Source of the DNA: a virus
Taxonomy: Duplodnaviria > Caudoviricetes
DNA: 48,847 nt
Virus record (IMG/VR): IMGVR_UViG_3300032225_000532
Coordinates: 1 to 48,847 of that record
Strand: one strand, 5' to 3'
Part shown: piece after piece, positions 9,254-18,119 of the stretch
Numbering within the stretch: position 1 is the stretch's first letter
Layout: every line of letters starts with the position of its first letter
Notes under the pieces: model-generated
Databases searched by the model: none
Seen by the model: the letters and a program-made list of their open reading frames with translations, nothing else
Told to the model about the DNA's origin: nothing
Made by a program: the position numbers and the translations under genes

Positions 9254-9330
9254 TTATCCCCAGCTTTATCCACAAAAGTTATCCACAGCCTGTGGACAAT
9301 AAAAAGTTATCCACAAGCTTCTGTGGATAG
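9254..9330. promoter_or_regulatory. Cluster of six DnaA boxes
   Basis: Perfect TTATCCACA at 9266, 9279 and 9307; one-mismatch boxes at 9254 (+), 9291 (-) and 9322 (-). Confidence 0.9.
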
Positions 9331-9483
9331 ATTTTCCAACTAAAGTGCAGAAAACGCGCTGGTGAGGTTTTCAGAGACCGTCCAAGGGCTAGGTAGCCTG
9401 AACCCCAAAAAAACGCTCTAAGGCCGTTTAAATCGATTTCGGGAGACAAACAGTTGCAACCGTAGTTATGCACTTCAGTTGCT

Positions 9484-9499
9484 TGGCATGGCCTGTGCT
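9484..9499 (+). promoter_or_regulatory. sigma54 (-24/-12)-like site
   Basis: TGGCATGGCCTGTGCT versus consensus TGGCACG-N4-TTGCW, with correct GG-N10-GC spacing. Confidence 0.45.
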
Positions 9500-9815
9500 A
9501 CGCACGCGCATCACGCGATTGAGTCAGTTCTACGGTGTTTCGGTTAGACCTTGGTAGACCTTGGTAGAGTTAAATAAATCCAACTGTGGTTGCGATTTGC
9601 ATGGAGTGCTGGAAATAGGGGTGTAAACGATAGTACATTTCGTTTCAAGGCAATATCGTTTGCCGTACAAACAAACCTCCCTTAAAGAGTTGCGCTTTGA
9701 CCAGTCTGAGGCTACCGGACTGAGATGCTAGATAGAAAACCCTACCGACTAAATGCCCGTAGGTGAGGCCCATCCGCACGGGGCCAAGAGAAGAAAAGAC
9801 GGCGGCTTGTCTGAT

Positions 9816-9880
9816 ATTTCAGCGGTCTGCCCTGTTCGCAGGGCTCACCAGTGCAATATCGCACTTCATTGGAGACCATC
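9816..9880 (+). repeat. Structured early-gene leader, copy 1
   Basis: GGT-ct-GCCCTG-ttcg-CAGGGC-tc-ACC, AGTGC-N6-GCACT, GGAGA, ATG. Confidence 0.7.
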
Positions 9881-9943
9881 ATGTTCCACGTTCCTGCTCA
9901 CAAAAATACCCAAAACCCTCCCGCTCAATTCACCCCTAAGTGA
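9881..9943 (+). CDS. Possible 20-aa peptide
   Basis: GGAGA RBS within leader copy 1; MFHVPAHKNTQNPPAQFTPK; its stop overlaps the next RBS. Confidence 0.35.
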   Translation: MFHVPAHKNTQNPPAQFTPK

Positions 9944-9951
9944 GGCGCACC

Positions 9952-10119
9952 ATGAAAGCTTTTGAAGTACATAACCCTGATTTCAGCGACATGAACCTCA
10001 GCGAACAAGTTGAGGCTGGCTGCAACGATTGGTGCGTTGAGGGCTACAGCGGTCACCGCTACTACGGTCACAGCGCAAGAGCAGCCATGCAGAACGCCGC
10101 ACTGTATTTTTTCCGCTAA
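9952..10119 (+). CDS. Early hypothetical protein (55 aa, below the ORF track cut-off)
   Basis: GAGG RBS; MKAFEVHNPDFSDMNLSEQVEAGCNDW... Confidence 0.7.
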   Translation: MKAFEVHNPDFSDMNLSEQVEAGCNDWCVEGYSGHRYYGHSARAAMQNAALYFFR

Positions 10120-10121
10120 AC

Positions 10122-10189
10122 AGTCCAATGGTTTGCCCCGCGAGTCGGGGCTTACCAGTGCGCTGTTGCACTATTACCGGAGAGAATGA
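10122..10189 (+). repeat. Structured early-gene leader, copy 2
   Basis: AGTCCA..GGT-tt-GCCCCG-cgagt-CGGGGC-tt-ACC, AGTGC-N6-GCACT, CCGGAGA, ATG. Confidence 0.75.
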
Positions 10190-10399
10190 ATGAACCATCA
10201 AGATGAAATCGAGTCCATGAAACGCTGGTGCATGGACAACTACGAAAACGGCGCGTCCACAATGGTTGAGTGTTGGGCTGATTCGGATTACGCTGAACTG
10301 TTTGACGGCGTTTCTGTGCATGGCGCATGGCGCATTCTGAAGGCCACTGTTTCGGTTTACCGTGACCGTGAGGCAGACGCAATCAACTCTGCTTTTTAA
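10190..10399 (+). CDS. Early hypothetical acidic protein
   Basis: 69 aa; GGAG RBS. Confidence 0.75.
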   Translation: MNHQDEIESMKRWCMDNYENGASTMVECWADSDYAELFDGVSVHGAWRILKATVSVYRDREADAINSAF

Positions 10400-10409
10400 G
10401 GGGCGCACT

Positions 10410-10583
10410 ATGACCAACCATAAACGCACCGCCTACCGAATCATTCGGGAACTGACCAACGTGCTGAGTGCAGTCCCCCGTGAGGCGCTCCCCCATGTAG
10501 CCCGTGGAATTGCTGACCGCTATCAAATGCCAGCAAAGCCCATGCTGCAAGTGATGCGCCGATACGCCCGCCTTTATCGCTGA
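10410..10583 (+). CDS. Early hypothetical basic protein
   Basis: 57 aa from MTNHKR; AAGGGG RBS. Confidence 0.65.
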   Translation: MTNHKRTAYRIIRELTNVLSAVPREALPHVARGIADRYQMPAKPMLQVMRRYARLYR

Positions 10584-10584
10584 G

Positions 10585-10653
10585 AGTCCAGCCGCTTGCC
10601 CCGCTTGTCGGGGCTTGCGAGTGGCGCTTTTGCCATGTAACCGGAGAGTCAAT
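10585..10653 (+). repeat. Structured early-gene leader, copy 3
   Basis: AGTCCA..CGC-tt-GCCCCG-cttgt-CGGGGC-tt-GCG, TGGC-N6-GCCA, CCGGAGA, ATG. Confidence 0.75.
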
Positions 10654-11244
10654 ATGACCCTTGCCAAAATTTATGCTACCCGTGAAGAGTGGCTAACTGC
10701 TGCCGTGGAAGAATTCCGCGCAGTGTTCGCCGCTCAGGCCGTGCCTATCCCTCAGCGGGTGCGGGTGACGTGCGGTTTCCCGTCCACTGCCAAGCGCTCA
10801 GGTGCTATCGGTGAATGCTGGGCCGACACTGCATCGGCTGACAAGTCGATGGAAATCATGGTTTCCCCCGTGCTGTCCGATGCCTACCGTGTCGTTGACG
10901 TGCTGGTGCATGAGCTTTGCCACACAACCAAAGGGGCTATGAATCATGGTCTCAACTTCCAGCGGGTTGCAGATGCCATGCACCTGATTCCCTCTGCGAC
11001 TAAGGGCTACAAGGCCACTAGTGGCGGTGATGCGTTTAAACAGGCTTTCGGGGCCATCATTGACGGGCTGGGTGAGTACCCTCACGCCCAGCTATCGATG
11101 TCCACTCGCAAGGTACAGGCCACGCGAATGCTCAAGGCACTCTGCCCTACCTGCGGATACACCATCCGACTCACCGCCAAATGGGCCGCAAAAGGCTTAC
11201 CTACCTGCCATCTCGATGGCGACACTTTCACCCTTGGAGCATAA
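10654..11244 (+). CDS. SprT-like zinc metallopeptidase with C-terminal zinc ribbon
   Basis: 196 aa; VLVHELCH...NHG..F (HExxH plus third His); CPTCGY...PTCH. Confidence 0.8.
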   Translation: MTLAKIYATREEWLTAAVEEFRAVFAAQAVPIPQRVRVTCGFPSTAKRSGAIGECWADTASADKSMEIMVSPVLSDAYRVVDVLVHELCHTTKGAMNHGLNFQRVADAMHLIPSATKGYKATSGGDAFKQAFGAIIDGLGEYPHAQLSMSTRKVQATRMLKALCPTCGYTIRLTAKWAAKGLPTCHLDGDTFTLGA

Positions 11245-11246
11245 AA

Positions 11247-12764
11247 ATGGCAAATGACATCACCCTTGACCTGTCGGTCATTCCCTTGGCAGTTATCCGC
11301 ACGGCCTCTGACCGCTGGCTGGGCGCTGACAAATGGAGCAGCAAAACCAACGCCATCATTAAGCTGGCTGACTTGGTGAAGATGGGCGTTATCACCCTTG
11401 ACCAAATTCGGGCGGTTGCACCCCAGCCGCCTATCGCGCAGGGCAACTACACCATCCTGCCATATGGCATACAGGGTCAGCACTACCCAGCGCCTGATGC
11501 CTTTGATGTTGCTCTGAAGCCAGTAGCGCAGGTAGCGGACAACGCCAGTGCCACTGCGCTGGAAGCGTTGAGCAAGGCGCGGGCTATTGAGTCTTCTCTG
11601 CACTGCAAATTCGGTGATGTCAACACGGCGCTGGATGACCTGAGCAAGGCGGTTGAAAAAGACCTTGGCATTTTGGAAGAGACAGTGGCCCGTGAGATTG
11701 CAGCCATCACTTCCAAGCCGCTGGTTGACCCTGCCAAGGTATCTCAGGCGGTGACCGATGCAGTGGCAGCAGCGTTTAAACCCTTTGAGGCTGCGGTCGT
11801 GGCTGCTGGTGCTCAGGCTGCTGTGGGGTCGATGGTCTCAGTCTTGCGCACTGGATGCGAGACTGCAAGGGACGTGTTCGGTGTATCGGTGACAACCGCC
11901 GCTGGCAATGAGTTGCTGGTGAGCCTGTTCAATGACCCGTCTGCCCCTGCTGTTGACCCTTGCTTTGTGTGGACTGATGGCATCCTCAAACACCTGTTGT
12001 TGTCGCAGACAACTCAGGAAAACCTGTGGTTCGGCGGTGAGAAAGGCACTGGCAAATCGGAGACCGTGCGTCAGTTTGCAGCGAAGACTGGACGGGGCTA
12101 TACCCGTATCAACTTCAACAAATTCACCACGGCTGAGGACTTTGTCGGCGCAGTGGGCTTGGAGAACGGCGCTACGGTGTTCAAGATGGGCGATTTTCTG
12201 CGGGCATTCACTACCCCTGCAAGCCTGATTCTGCTGGATGAAATCACCAATGCAGACCCTGCGGTGCTGGCGGTGCTGAACGGTTTCCTAGAGACCAACA
12301 GCGCGGTCAACTATGGCGGTCAGGTATGGCGCAGAGCACCGGACGTGCTGGTGTTTGCGGCTGACAACACGCTGACCAACGGCGATGAGTCGGGACGGTA
12401 TGCGGGGACACGCACCATGAACAGCGCACTGGCTGACCGCTTTGCCCGACTGGTCGCGTTCAAGCATATGGACTTGGCTACTGAAATCGAGGCTGTTGTG
12501 CGCCACACTGGATGCCGCCCTGCCATTGCTGAACACGTCCTCAAGGCGGTTCACGCTTGCCGCGCCAAGGTCGAGAGCGGCGACATTGTCGATGCCCCGT
12601 CCATCCGGTCGGTGATGGCGTTTGTCCGGTCGGTTGAAGTGCTTGGTGTCGATGAGGCATGGGCTGCATCCATCGGTCACCGTCAACCATCGGAGTCGGC
12701 GACTGCAATTGCGTCAATCAAGGCGGCATATATCGATGCTGCATTTATTCAAAAAAATCTGTAA
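11247..12764 (+). CDS. MoxR-clade AAA+ ATPase (CobS/CbbQ/NorQ-like)
   Basis: 505 aa from MANDI; GEKGTGKS Walker A, ILLDE Walker B, AADN sensor, NSALADRF arginine finger. Confidence 0.9.
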   Translation: MANDITLDLSVIPLAVIRTASDRWLGADKWSSKTNAIIKLADLVKMGVITLDQIRAVAPQPPIAQGNYTILPYGIQGQHYPAPDAFDVALKPVAQVADNASATALEALSKARAIESSLHCKFGDVNTALDDLSKAVEKDLGILEETVAREIAAITSKPLVDPAKVSQAVTDAVAAAFKPFEAAVVAAGAQAAVGSMVSVLRTGCETARDVFGVSVTTAAGNELLVSLFNDPSAPAVDPCFVWTDGILKHLLLSQTTQENLWFGGEKGTGKSETVRQFAAKTGRGYTRINFNKFTTAEDFVGAVGLENGATVFKMGDFLRAFTTPASLILLDEITNADPAVLAVLNGFLETNSAVNYGGQVWRRAPDVLVFAADNTLTNGDESGRYAGTRTMNSALADRFARLVAFKHMDLATEIEAVVRHTGCRPAIAEHVLKAVHACRAKVESGDIVDAPSIRSVMAFVRSVEVLGVDEAWAASIGHRQPSESATAIASIKAAYIDAAFIQKNL

Positions 12765-12774
12765 GAGGTTCAAA

Positions 12775-14457
12775 ATGAAACGTTTAAACGGTATCCAGTT
12801 TCGCCAAGGCGTAGAACAGGCGGTCGGCAAGATTGCCTCTGACCTTGGCATGAAGGTCACCCTGCTGTGGAACGCTGGCATCTCCACTGCTGGCATTAAC
12901 AGCACAGGCATGATGCACCTTGCCAATGTCGCGGATGATGCGGTTGTCAACGCCGCACTGGTCGATAAGTACACGGGGTTTGTTGTGCATGAATTGCTGC
13001 ACCGCAAATACACCGACTTCAACGTGCGTGGCAACGGCGAATATCTTGATGCACTGCACAACGCCGTGGAAGACGCATGGATTGAGCGCACGGGTATCGC
13101 CGCCAAGCTGACAGGCAACATTGAGAACCTGCTGGTCAAGCTGGTCAATGGCATGGTCGATGAGGCTATGGCTACCGTCACCGACTGGTCAGACCCTCGC
13201 CAATACCCCTTTGTGCTGGCGGTCTACGCCCGTGGGTTTTCTAAGACTGTCCCGCTGGCGCAGGGGCTGGAGCCCATCTTCTCTGAGGCCAAGCGCCGTG
13301 TCACTAAGTGCAAATCCAGCACCGACACAATGAAGGTCGCGCAGTGGGTGTTTGACCAACTCAAGGCGCTCGACAAGCCTAAGGAAAAGCCTAAGGGTAA
13401 AAAGGGCGAGAAGGGTGACGGTCAGGGTGAAGGCCAAGGCGATGGCGAAGGCCAAGGCCAAGGTCAGGGCGAAGGTCAGGGTCAGGATGGCCCCTCAGAG
13501 GGCTCAGATGGGTCTGAGAGCGGCGAACAGGGTGAGGGTAAGGGTAAGGGTGCTGGTCAGGAAAAAACGGCTGGTAAGGCCAAGCCTGTCACCAGCGCAG
13601 ACCAAAAGGCCCGCGAGGTCGAGCCTACCCTTGAAGGCACTGGCACTGGCAGTGGCGGGGCTTATTCAAAGGAATACGATACCCGTGCAGTGGGATACCA
13701 CACTAGCGAACACAACCACCACCGCGATGTAACGGTGAGTGTGCCAGCGAAGATGCGGTATGAGGTCAAGCGCCTGTTTGAGAATTCAGCAACTGAGGAT
13801 TTCCAAACCAACCGCCGCGCAGGGTCGCTCAATGTCCGGTCGTTGCATAAGGTCGCTACCAGTGACCGTCTGTTTAAACGCCGCCTTGAGTCGGAGGGTA
13901 TCGACTCTGCCGTCATCATCATGCTGGATGTATCGGGGTCGATGTTCAACCCCCAGTACACCTATGACGATAACGGTCACGCCATGTATGACGCTAAGGG
14001 TGACTCAGTGATGCACCACTACATCGATGACGCGCTCAAGACTACAGCAGCCATGCTGGATACCTTGAACAAAGCAGGGGTGAAGACTATGGTCGTGACC
14101 TTTGGGTCGTGCGCCTCGGTGCTGAAACCTTGGGAGATGCCAGTACCCCGCGCCTTGGAGCACATTTCGCGGGTCGGTTCAGGTCAGAACACCAATGACT
14201 ATGCATCACTACGGTTCTGCCATGAGATGCTGCACGGTCGCCCTGAGTCTCGCAAGGTCGTGTTCGTTATCACTGACGGGCAAGGCGATGAACGGGCGGT
14301 GCGTGAGCAGTGCCATGCTGGCGAAAACCTAGGCATCTCAACCATCGGCGTGGGTATTGAACTCGATGTATCCGATTCCTATCCCGTCTCAGTGACGGTG
14401 CGGAATGCAGCCAACCTCGGTGAGGTTGCGTTTAAACAAATCAAACTGGCGGCGTGA
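12775..14457 (+). CDS. CobT-like protein: HExxH N-domain, G/E/Q linker, C-terminal VWA domain
   Basis: 560 aa from MKRLN; HELLH...NAVED; DVSGS MIDAS and VFVITDG; follows the MoxR ATPase. Confidence 0.88.
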   Translation: MKRLNGIQFRQGVEQAVGKIASDLGMKVTLLWNAGISTAGINSTGMMHLANVADDAVVNAALVDKYTGFVVHELLHRKYTDFNVRGNGEYLDALHNAVEDAWIERTGIAAKLTGNIENLLVKLVNGMVDEAMATVTDWSDPRQYPFVLAVYARGFSKTVPLAQGLEPIFSEAKRRVTKCKSSTDTMKVAQWVFDQLKALDKPKEKPKGKKGEKGDGQGEGQGDGEGQGQGQGEGQGQDGPSEGSDGSESGEQGEGKGKGAGQEKTAGKAKPVTSADQKAREVEPTLEGTGTGSGGAYSKEYDTRAVGYHTSEHNHHRDVTVSVPAKMRYEVKRLFENSATEDFQTNRRAGSLNVRSLHKVATSDRLFKRRLESEGIDSAVIIMLDVSGSMFNPQYTYDDNGHAMYDAKGDSVMHHYIDDALKTTAAMLDTLNKAGVKTMVVTFGSCASVLKPWEMPVPRALEHISRVGSGQNTNDYASLRFCHEMLHGRPESRKVVFVITDGQGDERAVREQCHAGENLGISTIGVGIELDVSDSYPVSVTVRNAANLGEVAFKQIKLAA

Positions 14458-14477
14458 GCCGCCTTAGGAGAATCTAA

Positions 14478-14723
14478 ATGTTTACTTGGAATTACAGAAT
14501 CGTCAACGACAAGCGCGGCAACGGCGGCGAGGACTGGTATGTCTTGCAGGAGGTTACTTACAACAAAGCAGGACAGCCCAATGGATACGCCGCGCCTTGC
14601 GTTGGCTCTGAAACTATGGAGGGTATGCGCGAAGTGTGGGAGATGATGCAACACGCGATGGAACACCCGCCCCTGCAACCGGAAGACTTTGTGAAATACG
14701 AACGCGAGGAGGATGAAGAATGA
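14478..14723 (+). CDS. Hypothetical protein (WNYRIV type)
   Basis: 81 aa; AGGAG RBS. Confidence 0.8.
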   Translation: MFTWNYRIVNDKRGNGGEDWYVLQEVTYNKAGQPNGYAAPCVGSETMEGMREVWEMMQHAMEHPPLQPEDFVKYEREEDEE

Positions 14724-14896
14724 ATGAGATAACAGCAATCGATGCCCTGCTATTTGCATGGGCGGTCATAGCTACCGTCAAAGCATGGAATTACTACCGT
14801 TTTATTCATGCGGTGTATCTCATGCATGACGCGATGATGAGAGATGAGGCGGTGTACAAAAAAATGTCCAATAACTATTTTGAGGTGAACAAATGA
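14720..14896 (+). CDS. Small membrane-anchored protein (58 aa)
   Basis: ATGA-coupled at both ends; AIDALLFAWAVIATV hydrophobic segment. Confidence 0.65.
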   Translation: MNEITAIDALLFAWAVIATVKAWNYYRFIHAVYLMHDAMMRDEAVYKKMSNNYFEVNK

Positions 14897-15060
14897 GCGA
14901 TAAATTCTTTTATGTCCTGATGGCCTTGGTTGCATTCATATGCGTGAATTTTGGCTGGGGTAATGATGCTGGCTGGATGGGTAATCTCGCGCTGGTAATC
15001 GGCGGCGTGTTTGCTGGTGTATTGATTTCTGACATGTTGAACGAAGGAGAGACAGTATGA
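14893..15060 (+). CDS. Small two-TM membrane protein (55 aa)
   Basis: GAGG RBS, ATGA-coupled; FFYVLMALVAFICVNF and LALVIGGVFAGVLI. Confidence 0.7.
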   Translation: MSDKFFYVLMALVAFICVNFGWGNDAGWMGNLALVIGGVFAGVLISDMLNEGETV

Positions 15061-15293
15061 AAATGTCAATTAAAGATAAGCGGGCTGGTGCGGTCAATGT
15101 GTATGCGGTGACGTTCACCGTCCATGTTCACGCGCAGTCTGCCTCCGATGCGGAGTCTTATATTAAATCTGCAATTGAGGATTGGGCGGCAAAGGGTAGA
15201 AAGATTCCTTCTATCCTTGTCCAGTCGGTGACTGATTCAAACATTCGGTTTCATGTTGATGGTGTGAAATACCCTACAGAGGAGGCAGTATGA
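15057..15293 (+). CDS. Hypothetical protein
   Basis: 78 aa; AGGAG RBS; ATGA overlaps. Confidence 0.75.
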   Translation: MKMSIKDKRAGAVNVYAVTFTVHVHAQSASDAESYIKSAIEDWAAKGRKIPSILVQSVTDSNIRFHVDGVKYPTEEAV

Positions 15294-15529
15294 AACAGAT
15301 ACCCCACCTGACCTACGGCGAACAGTTTGCGCTGGATGAATGGCTATCCGACTATCCTGAGACTATGTCCTACGAGGATATTATTTTGACCCTGACGAGC
15401 GGGGACGAGGATAATGAAATCACGGTATGGGGTGCAATGACTGACCATCCGCTGATTCACATTGCAGGGTTCATTGAAAATACCCGCATTCACTTTGACC
15501 GTGTTGTTGGGAGCGCATTCAATGAGTAG
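15290..15529 (+). CDS. Hypothetical acidic protein
   Basis: 79 aa; GGAGG RBS. Confidence 0.75.
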   Translation: MKQIPHLTYGEQFALDEWLSDYPETMSYEDIILTLTSGDEDNEITVWGAMTDHPLIHIAGFIENTRIHFDRVVGSAFNE

Positions 15530-15773
15530 CTGGTACACCACCAACGTGACAGGCTCCAAGGGTACAACCGTATGGACTGATACCGCCTTTGGGGCGGTGC
15601 TGGTCGCGGACTGCACCAGTGTGTCGTTGAACCTTACTGCCCAACGTAGGAATGCGCGTCTCTGTTCGGTTGCACCTGACCTGATGGAACTGCTAGAGGA
15701 CGCATATCTGACGCTGGAGCCTGAGTATCAGGCGCGGTTTCAATCGATTGCATCCCGTGTTCACGAGGGCTAA
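15522..15773 (+). CDS. Hypothetical protein
   Basis: 83 aa from MSSWY; NARL..APDLMELL motif common in small phage proteins. Confidence 0.7.
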   Translation: MSSWYTTNVTGSKGTTVWTDTAFGAVLVADCTSVSLNLTAQRRNARLCSVAPDLMELLEDAYLTLEPEYQARFQSIASRVHEG

Positions 15774-15969
15774 GGTCAAGGACTGCCCGAATGCCCGTCT
15801 TGCTCAGGCCCGATACCCTCTGCTGGTTGAACTGGTCAAGACCCCCACAAGGGGTCGGTTCATCTACTGGAATGTGGGCTGGCAGGTCGCACGGGTCAGT
15901 GACGAGGGCTGGCATCATGTAGGTTCATTCAGCACCATTCACGGTGCAGTGTTTGCCGCTAAACGATAA
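15748..15969 (+). CDS. Hypothetical protein (start uncertain)
   Basis: About 70 aa; ends just before the terminator. Confidence 0.5.
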   Translation: MHPVFTRAKVKDCPNARLAQARYPLLVELVKTPTRGRFIYWNVGWQVARVSDEGWHHVGSFSTIHGAVFAAKR

Positions 15970-15975
15970 CCACAC

Positions 15976-16006
15976 AAGGACTGGCTAACCACCAGTCCTT
16001 TTTTTT
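15976..16006 (+). terminator. Intrinsic terminator of the early operon
   Basis: AAGGACTGG-ctaacca-CCAGTCC followed by a T run. Confidence 0.85.
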
Positions 16007-16173
16007 GGTCTACGCATTATTGTTTAAACGCACCAAATTTCTATTGTTTTGTTTTGTCAATACGCGCAGTACTTATTGCCGTTTTGCTGTGTGATTAAGC
16101 AGGACTACGTTTAAACGCAACTGTCAAGCAAGGCATCTGGTAGCAGGCTCATCTGGTGAGCCCACTGTTTAAA

Positions 16174-17883
16174 TCAGAATGCGTCCAGCACTTCACTGTA
16201 TGTTCCTGCGGTCTTGTTGTAGAGCAGGGTTGTCTCCCCTTGAGTGCCTACCCAGCGGTGTCTGCACTTCCACACAGAGATTTCTACATAGCCTTCCTTG
16301 CGATGTACGGTGATACCGCAGTCGGTCTTTGCCCACCATGCCATAGACCCTGCGATGCTCATGCCGTCCGGTCGGGGCTGCTCCACCCCTGAGCGCTGAA
16401 TCTTGGACGGGTGAGCCACAAACCAGCAATGCATATCGTTTGTCTTAACGAACTTCTGCACCTTGGATAGCATGGACGAGATGGCCTCTGTCTCTGTGCT
16501 GTTGTGCTTCAGGTCGATGTAGTTATAGGGGTCGATGACCATGCCCCGTACACCCATGCGCCGTATCGCTGCCTTGGTTCGGTCGAGGATGGACTCAATG
16601 GTTGAGGGTTCATCCCCGCCGTGGTCGATGAATACGAAGTGGTCGTTAACCCATTTAAACGCACGTTCCTTTTCAGTCTCTGTCATGCGGTCTTTGCCAT
16701 CAAAGAATCGGCGCTTGGTATACAACTCCATGAGACGAGAGATATGAATCTCGGGCTGGTTCTCAAACGAGCAGATGGCGAACTTCCAGTCCTCATTCCG
16801 CGCAAGGTTCACCATAATTTGGTCAACGAAGTTGGACTTACCCGACGAGGGGTATCCGGTGACCACCGTCAACTGAGACGGTGCTACGGTGTAGATGTTA
16901 TCGACTGACCCGTATCCGGTGCTGAACCCTTTCCCTGAGCCCTTGTTGTAAAGGTCGTTTAAACGGTCTGCGTAGGTCTCGGCGCTGCTCAGGCCAGCGA
17001 TAGGGTACGGGGATGCTGCGTCGAGGACATCCTTGATAGTCCGTGCGGGGTCGTATTCATTAGTATTCCGTGCGGGGTCGTTGAGATAGAGTTCGTTCAA
17101 ATCCTTGGTTGTGAATTTGGCAAGTCTGCATTTCTCTTTTCCTATTCGTCTTGATAACTCCTCAGCTAGGGCTTGTCCTGCGGTGTCTTGGTCTGTGGCT
17201 AGGATGACATACGGGGCTGCATCTAAATAGTCTGAAGCATTCCATACATAGGAGAAACGCTTGTCTTCACTGGGCAGAGACTTGCCATCTGCCACCTTGA
17301 TGGGAGCGCCTGATGGGACGCTGACTACGTTGGGTATGCCTACCTCCATGAGGGTCAAGGCATCAATCTCTCCTTCAACAATGACAATGGGCTCACCCTT
17401 CACGAGGTTATCAATCCCAAAGAAGTCATGCGCCCCACCGGAGTCTTGTGTAAACGCTTTCTCGGGGAAGCTGCGGTACTTGACTGCAACCAGCTTGCCT
17501 TCTCGGTAGTAAGGGAATGCTATGGAATCTGAGTTCTTCTCCAGTTTGGCAAAGTACTTGTCTGCACCGAAAAGACCCATCTTGTCTGCGGTCAATGGTG
17601 AGATTCCTCTAGTGGCTAGGTATTCGTAGTGGTAGGGTTTGAGTGCTGATTGTTCTACTGTTATGGCGACGGGCATTTGCTTGACCTTGTACAGCTTGGG
17701 CTGCGTTTTTTGAGGTTGAAGAGAACCATTGGCAGAGCAATGGTGGCAGTGGTAGAGGATTGCACCGTCTGTTTGAACGGTAACAGTCATGTCCTTGATG
17801 TTGGACTTCTTCCTGTCGGAGGAGCAGTACGGGCAGACTATGCGCCCTGCATTGTTTGACTGAGCGATTGCTTCTGCAATCAT
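16174..17883 (-). CDS. Primase-helicase (T7 gp4/Twinkle-like)
   Basis: 569 aa; CPYC...CHHC zinc domain, EGEID and DQD TOPRIM motifs, GYPSSGKS Walker A, VIDPY, VAHP. Confidence 0.92.
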   Translation of the reverse strand: MIAEAIAQSNNAGRIVCPYCSSDRKKSNIKDMTVTVQTDGAILYHCHHCSANGSLQPQKTQPKLYKVKQMPVAITVEQSALKPYHYEYLATRGISPLTADKMGLFGADKYFAKLEKNSDSIAFPYYREGKLVAVKYRSFPEKAFTQDSGGAHDFFGIDNLVKGEPIVIVEGEIDALTLMEVGIPNVVSVPSGAPIKVADGKSLPSEDKRFSYVWNASDYLDAAPYVILATDQDTAGQALAEELSRRIGKEKCRLAKFTTKDLNELYLNDPARNTNEYDPARTIKDVLDAASPYPIAGLSSAETYADRLNDLYNKGSGKGFSTGYGSVDNIYTVAPSQLTVVTGYPSSGKSNFVDQIMVNLARNEDWKFAICSFENQPEIHISRLMELYTKRRFFDGKDRMTETEKERAFKWVNDHFVFIDHGGDEPSTIESILDRTKAAIRRMGVRGMVIDPYNYIDLKHNSTETEAISSMLSKVQKFVKTNDMHCWFVAHPSKIQRSGVEQPRPDGMSIAGSMAWWAKTDCGITVHRKEGYVEISVWKCRHRWVGTQGETTLLYNKTAGTYSEVLDAF

Positions 17884-18119
17884 TTCATGCTGCCGTCCGA
17901 CCTGCGTTTAAAAGACCGGTTCTTGCTGGGTGATTCCAGCTTGATGCCAGTAGCATTTGACCCTCCCTTGCTCAAGGCTTTGACGTGGGCTACGTCCTTG
18001 CCTTTGCGGGAGACTCCCTCTGCGTCTAGCTTGCGTCTTGCTCTCTGTCGTTCCATCCGGTCGGGGAGTTCGCCCCGTTCTTTTTGGGTCTTGTACTCTT
18101 GCTTGTAATCTCTAGCCAT
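17880..18119 (-). CDS. Small HNH-like protein
   Basis: 79 aa; RDYKQEY...KDVAHVKALSKGGSN...SKNRS. Confidence 0.75.
   Translation of the reverse strand: MARDYKQEYKTQKERGELPDRMERQRARRKLDAEGVSRKGKDVAHVKALSKGGSNATGIKLESPSKNRSFKRRSDGSMK

Noticed and set aside
9545-9568. TAGACCTTGG tandem repeat as iterons
   Set aside because: Only two and a half copies and no initiator gene; insufficient support.
13420-13560. GGTCAGGGC/GAAGGC-type tandem repeats
   Set aside because: They encode the low-complexity GQGEG linker of the VWA protein.
11247-14457. Cobalamin biosynthesis auxiliary genes (cobS/cobT)
   Set aside because: No CobN or other pathway genes; the motifs support only a generic MoxR-VWA pair.
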